Source of the DNA: Mobula hypostoma
Lineage: Eukaryota
Direction: 5' to 3'
NCBI RefSeq assembly: GCF_963921235.1
Contig: NC_086097.1
Coordinates: forward strand, 241,926,001 to 241,990,000
DNA: 64,000 nucleotides
The notes under the pieces are model-generated. The model had not been told where the DNA came from. It searched no databases and was given only the letters and a program-made list of their open reading frames with translations. The position numbers and the translations under genes were made by a program. Within the stretch, counting starts at the first letter, position 1. Each line of letters starts with the position of its first letter. Below are positions 1 to 12,859 of the stretch, one piece after another.

Positions 1-467
1 ACTGCACCAATACTTCAAATTAGGTCTCACCAATGTCTTACTCAACTTCAACATAACATCGCAGTTTACCTTGTCTAAATTCACTAATTTCATGCTGGTT
101 TTAATCTGATTTGTTTGCAATCAGCAGAATACCAGGACATTTGAGAAAAGAGTTCAGAGTCAAACACATTGCCAATTGTTTCAGGCCAGGCCACACAATG
201 GATTTCCTTCCCAGATATTCATGAACCAGACGGGATTTATAATCCAGAGGATTTATATATTAATATGGTCTAAAAAAAAGACCCAGTATCAATAAAGGAA
301 CCAAGGTTACTTCATTCCAACTGCTGAGGTAGAACCTGGAGTCCTTCCAGATCCTTCTCGGCTTTCGCAGAGAACAGTTTGTAACCCAAATTCCCACATG
401 ACTGGAGATGCCTACAGCCCTGCAGCAGCCAGCAAATCCAACCTGCCAGTCATACAGAGCAAACATG

Positions 468-922
468 CAGTGCAGTGCAAAGGTCTTAGGCCTTTATAGC
501 TAGGGTGCCCAAGCCATTTACTCAGTACTGCAATAACTTTATGTATTCCACTACACTTCTGCTGCAAAAAATACCAAATTTCATGACATATACAAGTGAT
601 GATAAACCTGATTCTGATATGGCTCTCTATTGTGGACTGAGAGTGGGAAGGGGGCAAGGAGAGGGAAAACATTCTGTAACGATCAATAAAAACAAATGCT
701 TGGAATCAAATGACCTTGCCTGGTGTCTCAGGTCTGCGCCCCTGCCATCAGTCCCACCACAGCATTCCTTCTCTGCTACCTGTCCCACACCCCTCCCACA
801 ACACTCCACCCTCGCCATTCCCCACTTCTTTTGCTCCCACCAGATTTACAAACTTGCTCTCCGCCTCCCACTGACGAATACAGTACTCTAGCTATATATA
901 AGTGCCTAAGACTTTTCCACAG
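468..922. mobile_element. Tc1/mariner-type MITE composite repeat; related inverted copy at about 18487-18822
   Basis: Ends CAGTGCAAAGGTCTTAGG...CCTAAGACTTTTCCACAG are inverted; the internal sequence recurs reverse-complemented at 18.5-18.8 kb. Confidence 0.55.
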
Positions 923-1559
923 TCAGGTGTTTGAAAATGGTAAAGAACAGTATACTTCAGATTATTTGTCCAGGGTACTTGTCTACAAACATGATCATTG
1001 TGCTGTCACTGCAAAATAAAGAACAGACAAGTGATGGAGGATCAGGTGAAACAAAGGCAAGAGGAGTTACCTTAGTGAGATGGGGCAGGATGGGGATGAT
1101 TAAATTCTTTACGTAAATGTAAGCTAGTTAAGCTTCCCTTTCACAATTATTAATTTCTGCCATCTTCAGGAAGACACTACTGCGTGAAATCCTCCCCTGC
1201 CCTTTCAGCCTTTCCCTTTGCACCTCTGTGGTCTAGTTTCCCTTCTGTAAGTTTGCATTTCTTGTCAGTGAAGATTTAACAGCCTCTTCTCTAGAAGTAC
1301 GGATTTCCTCTGCAGCCTACTGAATGGATGTTACAGAGTTGTTACGTTTCTGCACACAGTTTTGACTTTCAGTTCAGTGAGACGACACGTGTGAAAAGGT
1401 TTGCTCCTCTTCCTCCTCTCGGCAAATGGAAATATTTTCCCCGCACAAGTTCAATTTCAGTTCAATTTGAAAGTCAGAGTTAAACTTAAAGTGGGTTCAA
1501 ATTTGAAAATCTAGTCTAGGTAAGGTCCCATACTCCATGAAATCATTGTTCCTTTTCTT

Positions 1560-2100
1560 TAAGTCAAGTCAAGTCTTTCATCATTTAATTATATACATGT
1601 ATACCATCAAACAAAACAATGTTTCTCCGGACCAGGGTATAAAGCACAGTAGTACACATAAGACAAGTATAACATGCAATAACTTAGGAAAATAATTAAA
1701 TCTACAAATGAATTACACAAGTGCATAAATTAAATTTTGTAGGATACAGTACAAATTATCCGGTTAACACTTCAAATGCGATGCAGCAGGAATTTCAGAA
1801 GCCTAATGGCCTAAGGGAACAAACTGTTTCCCATCCTGACTGTTACTGTCTTTATGCATACGAGTCCCCTGCCTAATGGCAGAATAAATATCAAAAAAGA
1901 TGCTGAATGCATGGGTGATACTACTAAGGGTCCTGCACATGCAGCACTCGATATAAATGTCCCCAATGGATCGTAGGGAGGCCCCTATGACCCTCTCGGC
2001 CATTCTCACAGACCTTTGTAGGGATTTCCAGTCCGATACTCAGCTGCTCCCATCCAAGATGGGGATGGAATGCATCAGGACACACTCAATGATCCTTTTA
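1560..2100 (-). mobile_element. Rex1/Babar-type LINE 3' fragment
   Basis: AERVIGASLRSIGDIY C-terminal motif; (GACTT)n tail on the minus strand. Confidence 0.65.
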
Positions 2101-2769
2101 GATATACCCAATGTGTCTAAGAGACCGTACCTTTAGACACATTGGGTATGCAGTTTGGTCAGCAAATCAGGTTGTTACATCCACAGTCACTTTATTAAAC
2201 TGTGTCTTCAATACAGAAGGCCAAATATTAAAAATTTTTAAAAGCCTAAACATTCAGCAGGGCACACGAGGAATGAAAAACTGGATAACATTTCATGTCG
2301 ATAACCTTTCATCAGAACGGCCACTAACACTGCTTGACCTGCTTAATATTTCTACTGATCTTCATTCTGTTTACAGATGATCGATACTCACAGCTTTTTG
2401 CCAAGACTAAAGATAAGTTTAGCACGAGGAATGAGGTTGCTTAAGAACTTGAATGTAGCTAACATTTCAAACTGATCACCTCAAAACACACAACTGACTG
2501 ATAATCCAACCACATAAACGTGGGCATAGTGAAGAACTTACATATCATGCACACATATACCTGTGACATTTATGCAGGGGGGGGGGCAGAAATTGGCTGC
2601 TCTTCATCTACTGGCCCACCACTATCTGAAGCTCAGCTCAAAGCAGACGGGAAGGGATATGATGATTTGTCAGCAATTTCAGATCATAAGCTGTGACATC
2701 CTTCTTGATCCTCACCGATGTTTCATTGATGCACAACAGAGAACACCCCATTCTGATGAATATCGGCTT

Positions 2770-3262
2770 GCCTTGGCAACTGCTCTGCCTGTGACTGCAA
2801 AAAACCTGCTGAGAGTGTAGACGCAGCAGATCACAGAAAACAGCCCCCACTACATGGACTCTTCCGACAGTTCTTGCTGCTTTGGTACAACCACCAGCAT
2901 AATCAAAGATCTTACCCACCTTGGACATACATATACATTTTTTTCATTCATTCCCTCTCCCACTCCACCTCACCTTCCCCCCGCCCCCCAACCATCATCA
3001 GCAGAAGATACAAAAGCCTGAAAGCAAGATCCACCATTCTCATGAACGGTTTCTACCCTATTGTTAGGTGGATGCTTGACCTCACAACATACCTTGTTAT
3101 GACCTTTATTATCTGCCTGTACTCTCTCTGTTACAAATTATTCTAAATTCTGCAATTGTTTTATCTTGTACAACCTTAATGCATCATTGTACTGAATTGA
3201 TCTGAATGAAGGATATGTAAGACAAGTTTTTCCACTGTACCTCAGTACAAAATAATAAAAAA
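2770..3262 (+). mobile_element. Degraded Rex1/Babar-type LINE 3' end
   Basis: SRRYKSLKARSTILMNGFYPIVR motif, then 3' UTR and AATAAA. Confidence 0.55.
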
Positions 3263-3308
3263 TTACCAAATTAGCATTGGTTTGAGGAGTTTTCAAACAT
3301 TAAACAAC

Positions 3309-3580
3309 ATGGATGCCACAGTAGTTTAGTGGTTAGTGCAACTCTATTACAGCCCAGGACGTTCCAGAGTGCAGAGTTCAATTCTGGCACTGTCTCTGTA
3401 CATCCTACCCATAGAATATCTAGATTTCCTCCGGGTGCTCCAGTTCCTCCCACTGTCCAAAGGTGTACTGGGTAAGTTAATGGTCATTGTAAACTGTCCC
3501 ATGATTAGGGTTGTGGGGCCGCTGAGGCAGCATGGCTTGAAGGACCAGAAGAGCTCACTCCGTGCTGTATGGACAAATAA
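3309..3580 (+). mobile_element. V-SINE (HE1-like tRNA-derived SINE); other copies at about 17845-18075(-), 24625-24885(+), 27815-28120(-), 51465-51630(-)
   Basis: tRNA-like head with B-box-like GAGTTCAATTC and V-domain TTCCTCCGGGTGCTCCAGTTCCTCCCAC..TCCAAAG. Confidence 0.75.
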
Positions 3581-3744
3581 GATTTCAAAAAAACAGTTGG
3601 AATAAGATTTGGAGACGGTTAGAGAGAGGGGGAAGAGGGGAGAGAGTCGGGAAGGGAAAGAATATATCATGGGGGGAGGAGATGAACAAACTATCCTTTC
3701 AACATTATTTTCTTCTCTGGATATTTTCTCAACACTTGTAATAG

Positions 3745-5322
3745 ATTTAAACATAATACAGCAATACAGGATGAATGTGATGGGAGGTGAGGACCTCGAT
3801 ACGATAGCTTTCACTAAAAAGGTAGTGCTGAGCAAACTTGTAGGCCTAAAGATAGACAAGTCCCCTGGTCCTGACGGAATGGCAGAAGAATTGAAAGAGA
3901 ACTGAATGAACTGAAAGAAATGGCACAAGTTATATTAGAGGCCCTGGTGATAATTTACCAAAATTCTCTGGATTCTGGGCAAGTCCCGGCGGATTGAAAG
4001 ACGACAAATGTCACACCACTGTTCAAAAAAAGCATGTATGCAAAAGGCAGGTAACTATAGGCCAGTTAGTTTAACATCTGTAGTTGGAAAAATGCTTGAA
4101 GCTATCATTAAAGAAGAAAGCAAAGCACATGGAAAGAAATTGATCCATCAGCAGAGGCAGATCCTGCCTGACAAACATACTGGAGTTTTTTAAGGATATA
4201 ACAGGCGCAGTGGATAGAGGGGAACCAATAGACGTTATTTACTTGGATTTCCAGAAGGTATTCGATAAGGTGCGGCATAAAAGATATTCATGAGATAAGG
4301 ATGCATAGAGTTGGGGGTGACGTATTAGCATGGACAGAGGATTGCTTAACTAACAGAAAGCAGAGAGTTGGGATACATGGGTGTTACTCTGGTTGGCAAT
4401 CCGTGGTGAGCGATGTGCTGCAGGGGTTGGTGCTGGACCCACAACTATTCACGATATACATTAACGATCTGGAAGAGGAGACTGAGTGTAGTATATCTAA
4501 GTTTGCTGGAGATACTAAATTGAGTAGAAAAGCAAATTGTGCAGCGATTATTTAAATGGTAAAAAATTGCAGCAGGCTGCTGTGCTCCTCTGCAGAGGGC
4601 CTTGGGAGAGCTTGTGCATGAACCACAAAAAGTTGGTTTGCAGGCGCAGCAGGCTGTCAAGAAAGCAAATGGAACGTTGGCCTTCATTGCTGGAGGAATT
4701 GAATTCAAGAGCACAAGGCATTGAATTTAAGAGCAGGGAGGTTATGCTGCAACTGTACAGGGTACTGGCGAGGCCGCACCTGGAGTACTGCGTGCAGTTC
4801 TGGTCTCCTTACTTGATGAAGAATATACTGACTTTGGAGGCTGTGCAGAGGAGGTTTACCAGGTTGATTCCAGAGATGGGGGGTTAGACTATGAGGAGAG
4901 ATCAGGTCTCCTGGGACTGTACTCACTGGAATTCAGAAGAATGAGAGGAGACCTGATAGAAACATATACAATTATGAAAGGGATAGATAAGATAGAGGCA
5001 GGAAAGATGTTTCCACTGGTAGGTGAGACTAGAACTAAGGGACATAGCCCCAGGATTTGGGGAAGTAGATTTAGGACGGAGATGAGGGCAAATTGCTTTT
5101 CCCAGAGAATGGTGAATCTGTGGAATTCTCTGCCCAATGAAGCAGTGAAGGCTACCTCAGTAAATATATTTAAGACAAGGTAGGATAGTAGGAGAATTAA
5201 GGGTTATGGGGAAAAGAGAAGGTACGTGGTGATGAGCCAGATCAGCCATGATCTTACTGAATTGCGGAGCAGACCCGACGGATCAGATAGCCTACTCCTA
5301 CTCCATTTCTATGTTCTTATGT
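3745..5322 (+). mobile_element. CR1 LINE, 5'-truncated, RT fragments
   Basis: KSPGPDG, GNYRPVSLTSVVGKMLE, QGLVLDP, SKFAGDTK, RPHLEYCVQFWSPY, RMRGDLIE motifs; TATGTTCTTATG tail. Confidence 0.92.
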
Positions 5323-7639
5323 ACAGTAAACTAGAGGCTGATAGTGCTCAAAATATAATCTTCAGCAAAGTGCATATTTTGCTATGTTAAGGTGCAATAT
5401 AAATGTACAGTACATAGATGACATCATTTTTCAACTATTGGGTGAGTAAACATTTTTCACAAAAATAAAGCTGCAAGGCATTATTCATCATTTATAATGA
5501 AAGCCAAAAGGAAAATTAAAAATTAATGTGTATAGTTTGGCACATGCTTTTCACCTCAAACTGGATTCTATTCAAAATCAAGCCATTTCTTAATAATTCT
5601 ATGTGACTTTTTGCCATATGAATTTGTGTACTGGCAACCCAGCTCCAAATGAGCTGAAAGCAATTGTTACTGAAGTCAGACATCACAGTAAGAGCCCCAA
5701 GATGCACAAGGGGAAATCAATGAAAATGTTTAGTTTTCATTCCTGTGCTGTACTAATCTGTCAGACAGCAATGATTGGAACATTCTATTTCACCACTGTG
5801 ACACAGTTCTCCTTGCTAAGGAGGGCATAAATTCACACTGCCTTGAAAAGCCTCATTTATACAATTCATGGTACAGTGAACTCCTAATCCAATCCCTGAC
5901 AGTATTCCAGACATCTACTAATTTACCATGTTACAATGATATTGAATTTCATCTCTTGGGAGGATTTGTACCAAAGTAGATGGCTGAACTCTAAATAGTG
6001 CTGTTTCTATACAGGGCTACTAGAACAAAGCAATTTATGGATTAATGATCTGTAAACCAACTCCCAATATTTACATTGCTCTTATTTCTTTTAATTTTTA
6101 TAATTTTTCTTATTCCCTTATATCAGTCCAACTTTAGTGATTGTATTTCTGGGTCAGTTATCTAGAAGACTGGTCTATTTATCTGGAAAGAGATCAAATC
6201 ACAAAACACAAAAAATTTTAAATTGTTACCTAATTAATAGTAGCTGCATAACTACAGCAGTCATAGTTTTTTTAAATTATTTTGGACTACAGATATCCTT
6301 TTAAAGATGGAAATCTGCCTTCCTTTCCCATTCCCATATCCAAAAAGCAAGACTCATTCTTATTTGCCCTCTGCTGTGTTTACCAAAATCAATAAGAAAA
6401 ATGGACCCAAGGACCTGGAATGACAAAGGGACACCCTCCATATTCAATTCCATTCTAAATCCCCAGCAACTAACCCAATCTTTCTCACGAAGATTTGGGA
6501 CTTAGACCAAATTTCAGAATGTAGTCCTTCAAAAACTGGAATCATATGTAGTCAAGACTCACAAATTTATCCTTTTTAACTCATGTTGCTGATTTCTCCA
6601 TCATCATCCAATACATGGAAGTTGCACAAAGGGCACATTGCCAAGAGTTTTCCCCTTGGAATTCTCAGTGCTGATTCTGAATCCCACAAAGCCTCACTCC
6701 TTCAAGAAAAGTGGGGTTTTCCCCTTGGACTTCTCAGTGGGAATTCTGGATCCTACAAAGCCTCACACCTTCAAGTGAAATGTGAGCTAGACAATCATGA
6801 TTACTGCCTACTAATCTTCCATCATGTATTCTCATGATACAGCACACTTCCATGGTGAACATTAATTTGAAAGAGCATTCAGGATACCAAGAACTCAATA
6901 AATGCTCTGAATAGTGGACGCCAATGACTAGCAAGAAATGCAATTCATTTATACAAATATCAGTAAAATCCTGGACATAGTGCTAGACTAGATCAAAATA
7001 GATGATGGAAAAAACTCAGTGAGAGATAAACTTACTTGAACTATTTATCACAGATGTAGGCACCATCCATCCATTCACACCCACCTAGTATAGGTGGCTG
7101 ATAGAAGAGATAATGGGCGTGTGTAAGAACTGGTTACAGATTCACATTTACTTGGGACACATACATTGAGACATACAGTGAAACGTGCCATTTGCGTTAA
7201 CAACTAACACAACCAAGGGGTGTGCTGGGAACAGCTCACGTGTTACCACATATTCCGGAGCGCCAATCTATCATGCCCACAATACTCAGCAGAACATAGA
7301 TCACAATGAGCAACAAAATAACAACAGCAAAACAAGCCACATTCCTCCCTCCCACGCACCCAGACAGGCCTCCAACTTCAGCCTCCAATCTCCAAGCTTC
7401 ACATCCTATAAAGGGAAATAGAACTGCCTAAGACTCAAATGGCCACCTTCTAATATTGTTATTAAATACACACACAGATAAGAGAAAGTCAATGCCCTCA
7501 TGCCGAAACATACAACCTTCAGTCTTGGGTGATAAGTGCCACAACGCACACACCCCACAGGAATCAAGCACTGTTAAGTATTATAAAGGGAAAGCTGAGG
7601 GATAACACAGTGAGACGATGCACATTCCATACCCTTTCA

Positions 7640-8885
7640 TCTCCAGGAAGTGAAATCCTATCCACCCAAAACTACCTGCATGTTATCATTTCAGAGGATC
7701 TGTCCTTGGCCCAGCACCTAAATGCAATCAGATTAGATTAGATTATGAGGACACACAGTCCTCTTTTATTGTCATTTAGTAATGCATGCATCAAGAAATG
7801 ATACAATGTTCCTCCAGTGTGATATCACAGACCAAGACTGAAAAACTGACAAAAACCACATAATTATAACATATAGTTACAACACTGCAAGCAATACCGT
7901 AATTTGATACAAGAACAGACCATGGGCACGGTAAAAAGTCTCTAAGTCTCTCGAAAGTCCCATCATCTCACGCAGATGGTAGAAGGAAGAAAACTCTCCC
8001 TGCCATGAGCTTCCAGCGCCGCAAACTTGCCGATGCAGCATCCTGGAAGCACCCAACCACAGTCCGACTCTCAGTCCATCCGAAAACTTCGAGCCTCCGA
8101 CCAGCCCTCTGACACCGAGCACCATCTCTGCTGAGCACTTCGACCCCAGCCCCAGCCGCCAGCAACAGGCAAAGCCGAGGCTCTGGGGCCTTCCCTCTGG
8201 AGATTCTCGATCACACAGTAGCAGCAGCAGTGAACTGGGCATTTCAGAAGTTTCTCCAGATGTTCCTCCATGCTTCTCACGTCTGTCTCCATCAAATCAG
8301 TATTGTGCACGGCCCCTATTTAACAAATACGATATCATTTCACCGGAGAGGCCACGCGCACTGCATCGCGCCACCATCTTCTCCTCCCTACCGGAAGTTA
8401 GGAAAAAGCACAGCATCGACTCGCGTTCCTTAAAAGGTCACAAAGATTCGGCATGACATCTAAAACTCAGACAATCTTCCATAGATGTGTGCTGAAGAAG
8501 ATAGTAACTGGCTGCATCATGGCCTGGTATGAAAACACCAATGCCCTCGAAAGGAAAATCCTACAAAAAGTAGTCGATACAGCCAAGTCCATCACAGGTA
8601 AACCCCTTCCCATCTACACAGAGCACTGTTGCAGGAAAGCAGCATCCATCATCAAGCACCCCCACCACTCAGGTCATGCTCCCTCCAGGAGCTTCAGGAC
8701 CCACACCACCAGGATCAGGAACAGTTACTACCCCTCAACCATCAGGGTCTTGACCAATGGGGATAACTTCACTCACCCCATCACTGAACTGTTCCCACAA
8801 CCAGAGAACTCACTTTCAAGGACTCTTCATCTCATGTTCTTGACATTTATTGCCAATTTATTGATTATTTCTTTTTTTTTGTATA
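7640..8885 (+). mobile_element. Rex1/Babar LINE 3' part, interrupted by a minus-strand non-autonomous retroelement (about 7729-8400, (TAATC)n tail)
   Basis: LQKVVDTAKSITG, RKAASIIKHPHH, RTHTTRIRNSYYPSTIR motifs; the insert carries AATAAA and a microsatellite tail on the minus strand. Confidence 0.7.
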
Positions 8886-9716
8886 TAACCCTCTCACCAG
8901 GCCTGTATGCAAATTTGCCTCATTAGCCAACTCTGCTAACAGCCACAGTGAGAAGGCCACCTTTTATAAACAACATACGTCTAGGATCAGTACGATTTGG
9001 GGTTCAACCACAGGAATGTTGGGACATTTCTATTAGAGAAACCTCAATTTGAGTGAACGCTGTATAGATACTACCCTTATATAATGGTCGGTCAGCAAGA
9101 AATTACAGATCGTATTTATTGAACAGTTGGTCAGAAAAAGAAAAGGAAAAAATAAAAGGGCCCATTAGTTAACCCAGTCCAAATATGCATATTAACTTGG
9201 AGCTCATCTTGAAGTGGTCGATTTACTCACACATTGGACCCAAGGTCAGCGTGAAAGCACACAACAGCTTCTGAAAGCTACTCAAAAACCATCTTGAACA
9301 AATGGGTGCTGTCTCAGGAGTATTGGCCCTTCCTCCTTGGAGCCATTCATCTGCACAAAACATTTCATACAAGAGGGATGCTCCTTCCCACAGCATCTTC
9401 AGCCATCTTCCCTCCCGTCCTCTCTGTTGTTCCCACCAAAAAAAAACACAAACCCCACCAGTGTCCATCACAAATCTTCCTGTGCCCAGTTCTCCCGAGA
9501 ACCTTTGCCCAATTCCACCATCCTGATTGGCTGACACAACGTTCCCAAGTTGAACATCAAAGCCCCTGATCTATGGCCAAAACCAAAACATCCTTCCAGC
9601 AAGGATTCCTACCTTGAACAGCCTGAGTCAAGTTTCCTATCAGTCTAATTGCACTGTTCTGGACTTGGTATTGCTGGATGCTAACAAGAGATGCCTTCAT
9701 CAAATATCTCTTACAC

Positions 9717-9794
9717 CAGAGGATCCCAACCTCTTTTATGTCATGGATCCCTCCCATTAGCAAGGGTTTGAGGACCCCAGGTTGGGAACCCCTG
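9717..9794. mobile_element. 78-bp hAT MITE
   Basis: TIRs CAGAGGATCCCAACCT / AGGTTGGGAACCCCTG; 8-bp TSD TCTTACAC/CCTTGCAC (6/8). Confidence 0.75.
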
Positions 9795-10198
9795 CCTTGC
9801 ACTCATGAGCACAAGTAGGGAACCCACTGATACCAATGTTTCATTACTGAACATATTGGTCACATCTGTGACAGCCAAGATAATTCAAGAAAGTGACAAA
9901 ATATAGTATCTTCAATTGTCTAAAATTAATGGCTTTATTGAAATTATTTGAAATGGTGCCTACACATCACATAAATCTAGTCATAGTCATACTTTATTGA
10001 TCCCCAGGGAAATTGGTTAAATCTAATGCTAAATGATTGAAAGCGCTACTAAATGGAAAGACACCAGTAGCAAGGAGGCAACCCATGAAGAGGAGGAAAT
10101 CCAACTGGCTTGCCACTACCACACAACAATCCTTTTCAGGATTGGACCTTGGTGGTCTATGTAGATGTTCCAATTAAATAACAAAACTGTGATTCTAA

Positions 10199-10333
10199 TC
10201 ACAAACAAGAGAAAATCTGCAGATACTGGAAATCCAAGTGACACACACAAAATGCTGGAGGAATTCAGCAGGCCAGGCAGCATCTATGGAAAAGAGTACA
10301 ATCGACATTTCAGGCCAAGACCCTTCCATCAGG
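10199..10333 (-). mobile_element. Penelope-derived short repeat (degenerate hammerhead); related copies at about 15170-15300, 27563-27651, 31997-32390, 53428-53510, 53672-53800, 57500-57950, 62095-62185
   Basis: Shared AAATCTGCAGATGCTGG...AAATGCTGGAGGAACTCAGCAGG..GCAGCATC block, also present in the 46.2-46.7 kb element. Confidence 0.7.
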
Positions 10334-10828
10334 TTAAGGTCAGGACTCTGACTGGACCAGTTCATTTGAAGCCACTTCATGGTTGCTCTGGCAGTGTGCT
10401 TTGGGTTGTTGTACTGCTGAAAGATGAACTTCCTCCCCAGTCTAAGCTTTCTGGCAGAGGCAAGGTTTTATCCAGGATCTCTCTGTATTTTGCAGCATTC
10501 ATCTTCCCATCAGTTCTGACCCGATTTCTAGCCCCTGCTGCTGAAAAGCATTCCTATAGCATGATGCTACCTCTACCATACTTTACAGTAGTACCTGGCT
10601 GATGCACGGTATTAGATTCATGCCACTTGTACCACTTAGTGCAGAGGCCAAAAAGTTCCACTTCAGTCTCATCCAACCACAAGACCTTCTTCCGGTCTTT
10701 ACAGTATCTTCTAAGTGATGCTTTTCAAAGTCTTCATGGGCAAGGATATGCTTTTCTTTTCAGTCAGGGCTTCTTCCTTGTCACTCTTCCAAAAATATCT
10801 TTTTCGTACAATGCCTTAGAGATTGCGG

Positions 10829-11526
10829 TGATAAAGTTTAAGGGAATGGGGGATTCTCAGATTCCTGTAAACAATGGATTAAGTACTGACTATGTCTGTG
10901 ACTCCAGTGTGTTTGAATAATGTCTCACAGCTGCCTTCTTTGGAGCAAGATAAGGGTTAAGGTTCGCCCAGATCCACATGTCCCTGGGCTTTTCACACCT
11001 TTTGATTTTGACAAAAAGCAGTACCTGATGGAAATTAGACAGAACATTCCTTCTTAATTAAAGCATAAATTTGACGGATGTTCTTAACTTTGTAATTAAG
11101 TTGTGGCTCCAGCAAACCAGGTAGGACATTCCTTTTTTTAAATTAAGGTGGCTGGAGTGTCTAACAAATTGATTGTACTTTTGTATCAATAGTCCATTGA
11201 CTTGGCCGGAATGGTTATCAAAATGATTCTTCAATAGTCTATTGACTTGGCTGGAATGGTTATCAAAATGATTCTTCAATAGTCTATTGACTTGGCTAGA
11301 ATGCTATCAAATTGATTGTTCTTTTGTATCGGTGGCCTTATAACTTCTGACAATTCTGACATCAGGCAGTGAACTTGTAGAACCGCCAGGGAGATGAAAA
11401 CGGGTCTCTCCCTGATGTCGGGTCTAAGTTCACTTGCCGGCTGAGCTCGAAGAAATAAACGGATGAAAAGATAAGTAACGATCTTTTTGTGCTGTCATTA
11501 TTTGATCCAGCAAAGTTACGTTTACA
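10829..11526 (+). mobile_element. Solo LTR (698 bp)
   Basis: TG...CA ends, perfect 4-bp TSD GCGG, AATAAA at 11454-11459, internal 45-bp tandem repeats. Confidence 0.85.
11186..11320. repeat. 45-bp tandem repeat x3 within the solo LTR
   Basis: TCAATAGTCYATTGACTTGGCYGGAATGGTTATCAAAATGATTCT units start at 11186, 11231 and 11276. Confidence 0.9.
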
Positions 11527-11934
11527 GCGGAGCCATACACTTCAGCTCCAGTTGCAGCCACTGACTTCTGCAGCTCACTCTGAGTGACTGTTGGTGTCAC
11601 AGTCGCCTCTCATAAGTGCCGTTCTTCCCTGCAGGGGAATGCGTCCGGAAAGGAAAGGGACATTTGAACCAGGGAGTCAGAGATGGAGTGGTCCCAGTGG
11701 AAAGCCGAAAGGTGTGAGGGGGGAAGATCTAGCTGGTGGTGGGATCACGGTAGCTGATACGTCCAACAGTGGGTCACGGTGCGCTGTTTTTGACAGAGTG
11801 CAGGTTCCACCTCCACACAGTGTGTGCCCTGGACAACAACTCCAGCTGACTAATGAAACCTTGAAAGAAACTAATGGCCTAATGAGGCTAGTAAAGACAA
11901 TAATTATGAGTGCAATACTTCACAGGGACATCCC

Positions 11935-12810
11935 TCCTTACCAACATTATCAGCCGCCGCCCCCCCCGCCCCCCACAAACCAGAAGGTGATGCAGCCAGT
12001 TAGAAAGCTCTAGGGTGCAAGGTTGTTGCTGTGACACCAACTAGCTGATCTATCTCACTCCTGTACATCCTCTCATCACCATCTGAAATTCTGTCAACAA
12101 TAGTTGTATTGTCAGCAAATTTATAGATGGCATTTGAGCCATGCCTAGCCACACAGTTGTGGGTGTAGAGAAAGGAGAGCAGTGGGCTAAGCACATACCC
12201 CCGAGCTATGCCAGCAAAGTTGAGATGTAATTTCCAATCCGCACAGATTGGTCTTCAGGTTAGGAAGTCGAGGATCCAGTTGCAGAGGGATTTATAGAGG
12301 CCCAGGTTCTGGAGCTTTTCAATCAGAACTGTAGGAATGATTGTGCTAAGTACAGAGCTGTAGTCAATAAACAGCACCCTGACATAGGTATGTGTACTGT
12401 CCAGGTGACCCAAGACCACGTGAAGAGCCAATGAAATCACGTTCGCCGTGGACCTGTTGTGGCAACAGGCAAACTGCAGTGGGTCCAGGTCCTTGCTGAG
12501 ACAGGAGTTAATTCTAGCCATAACCAACCTCTGAAAGCACTTTTCAGCACTGTAGATGCAAGTGCTATTGGACGATAGTCATTAAGGCAGCTCACCCTGC
12601 TCTTCTTGGGCACTGGTATAACTGTTGCCCTTTTGAGGCAGCTGAGAATCCCGACTGTTACAAGGAGAGATTGAAAATGTCTTTGAGGTTGGTTGGCGCA
12701 GATTTTCAGAGCCCTAACAGGTACTCTGTTGGGGCCTGTCACCTCTTGAAAGACGGTCTGATGTCGGTCTCTGAGACAGAGACCACTGGATCACCAGGTG
12801 CTGCGGGGAT
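11935..12810 (-). mobile_element. Rex1/Babar LINE reverse-transcriptase fragment
   Basis: [45 protein letters not shown] motifs. Confidence 0.88.
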
Positions 12811-12859
12811 CCGACTACCTCCCCCAGCTATGACAACATTAAGGAACCATCTGGAGCAT

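Larger units (their letters stand above)
10331..11630 (-). mobile_element. Tc1-like transposase remnant, split by a solo LTR
   Basis: WSSQSPDLN (WPSQSPDLN motif) and TVKYGRGSIML on the minus strand; sequence resumes after the LTR. Confidence 0.75.

Noticed and set aside
3309..3390. tRNA gene
   Set aside because: It is the tRNA-derived head of a V-SINE; no cloverleaf or anticodon arm can be drawn.
11186..11320. Regular 45-bp repeats resembling a CRISPR array
   Set aside because: The units are contiguous with no unique spacers, lie in a solo LTR, and the genome is eukaryotic with no cas genes.
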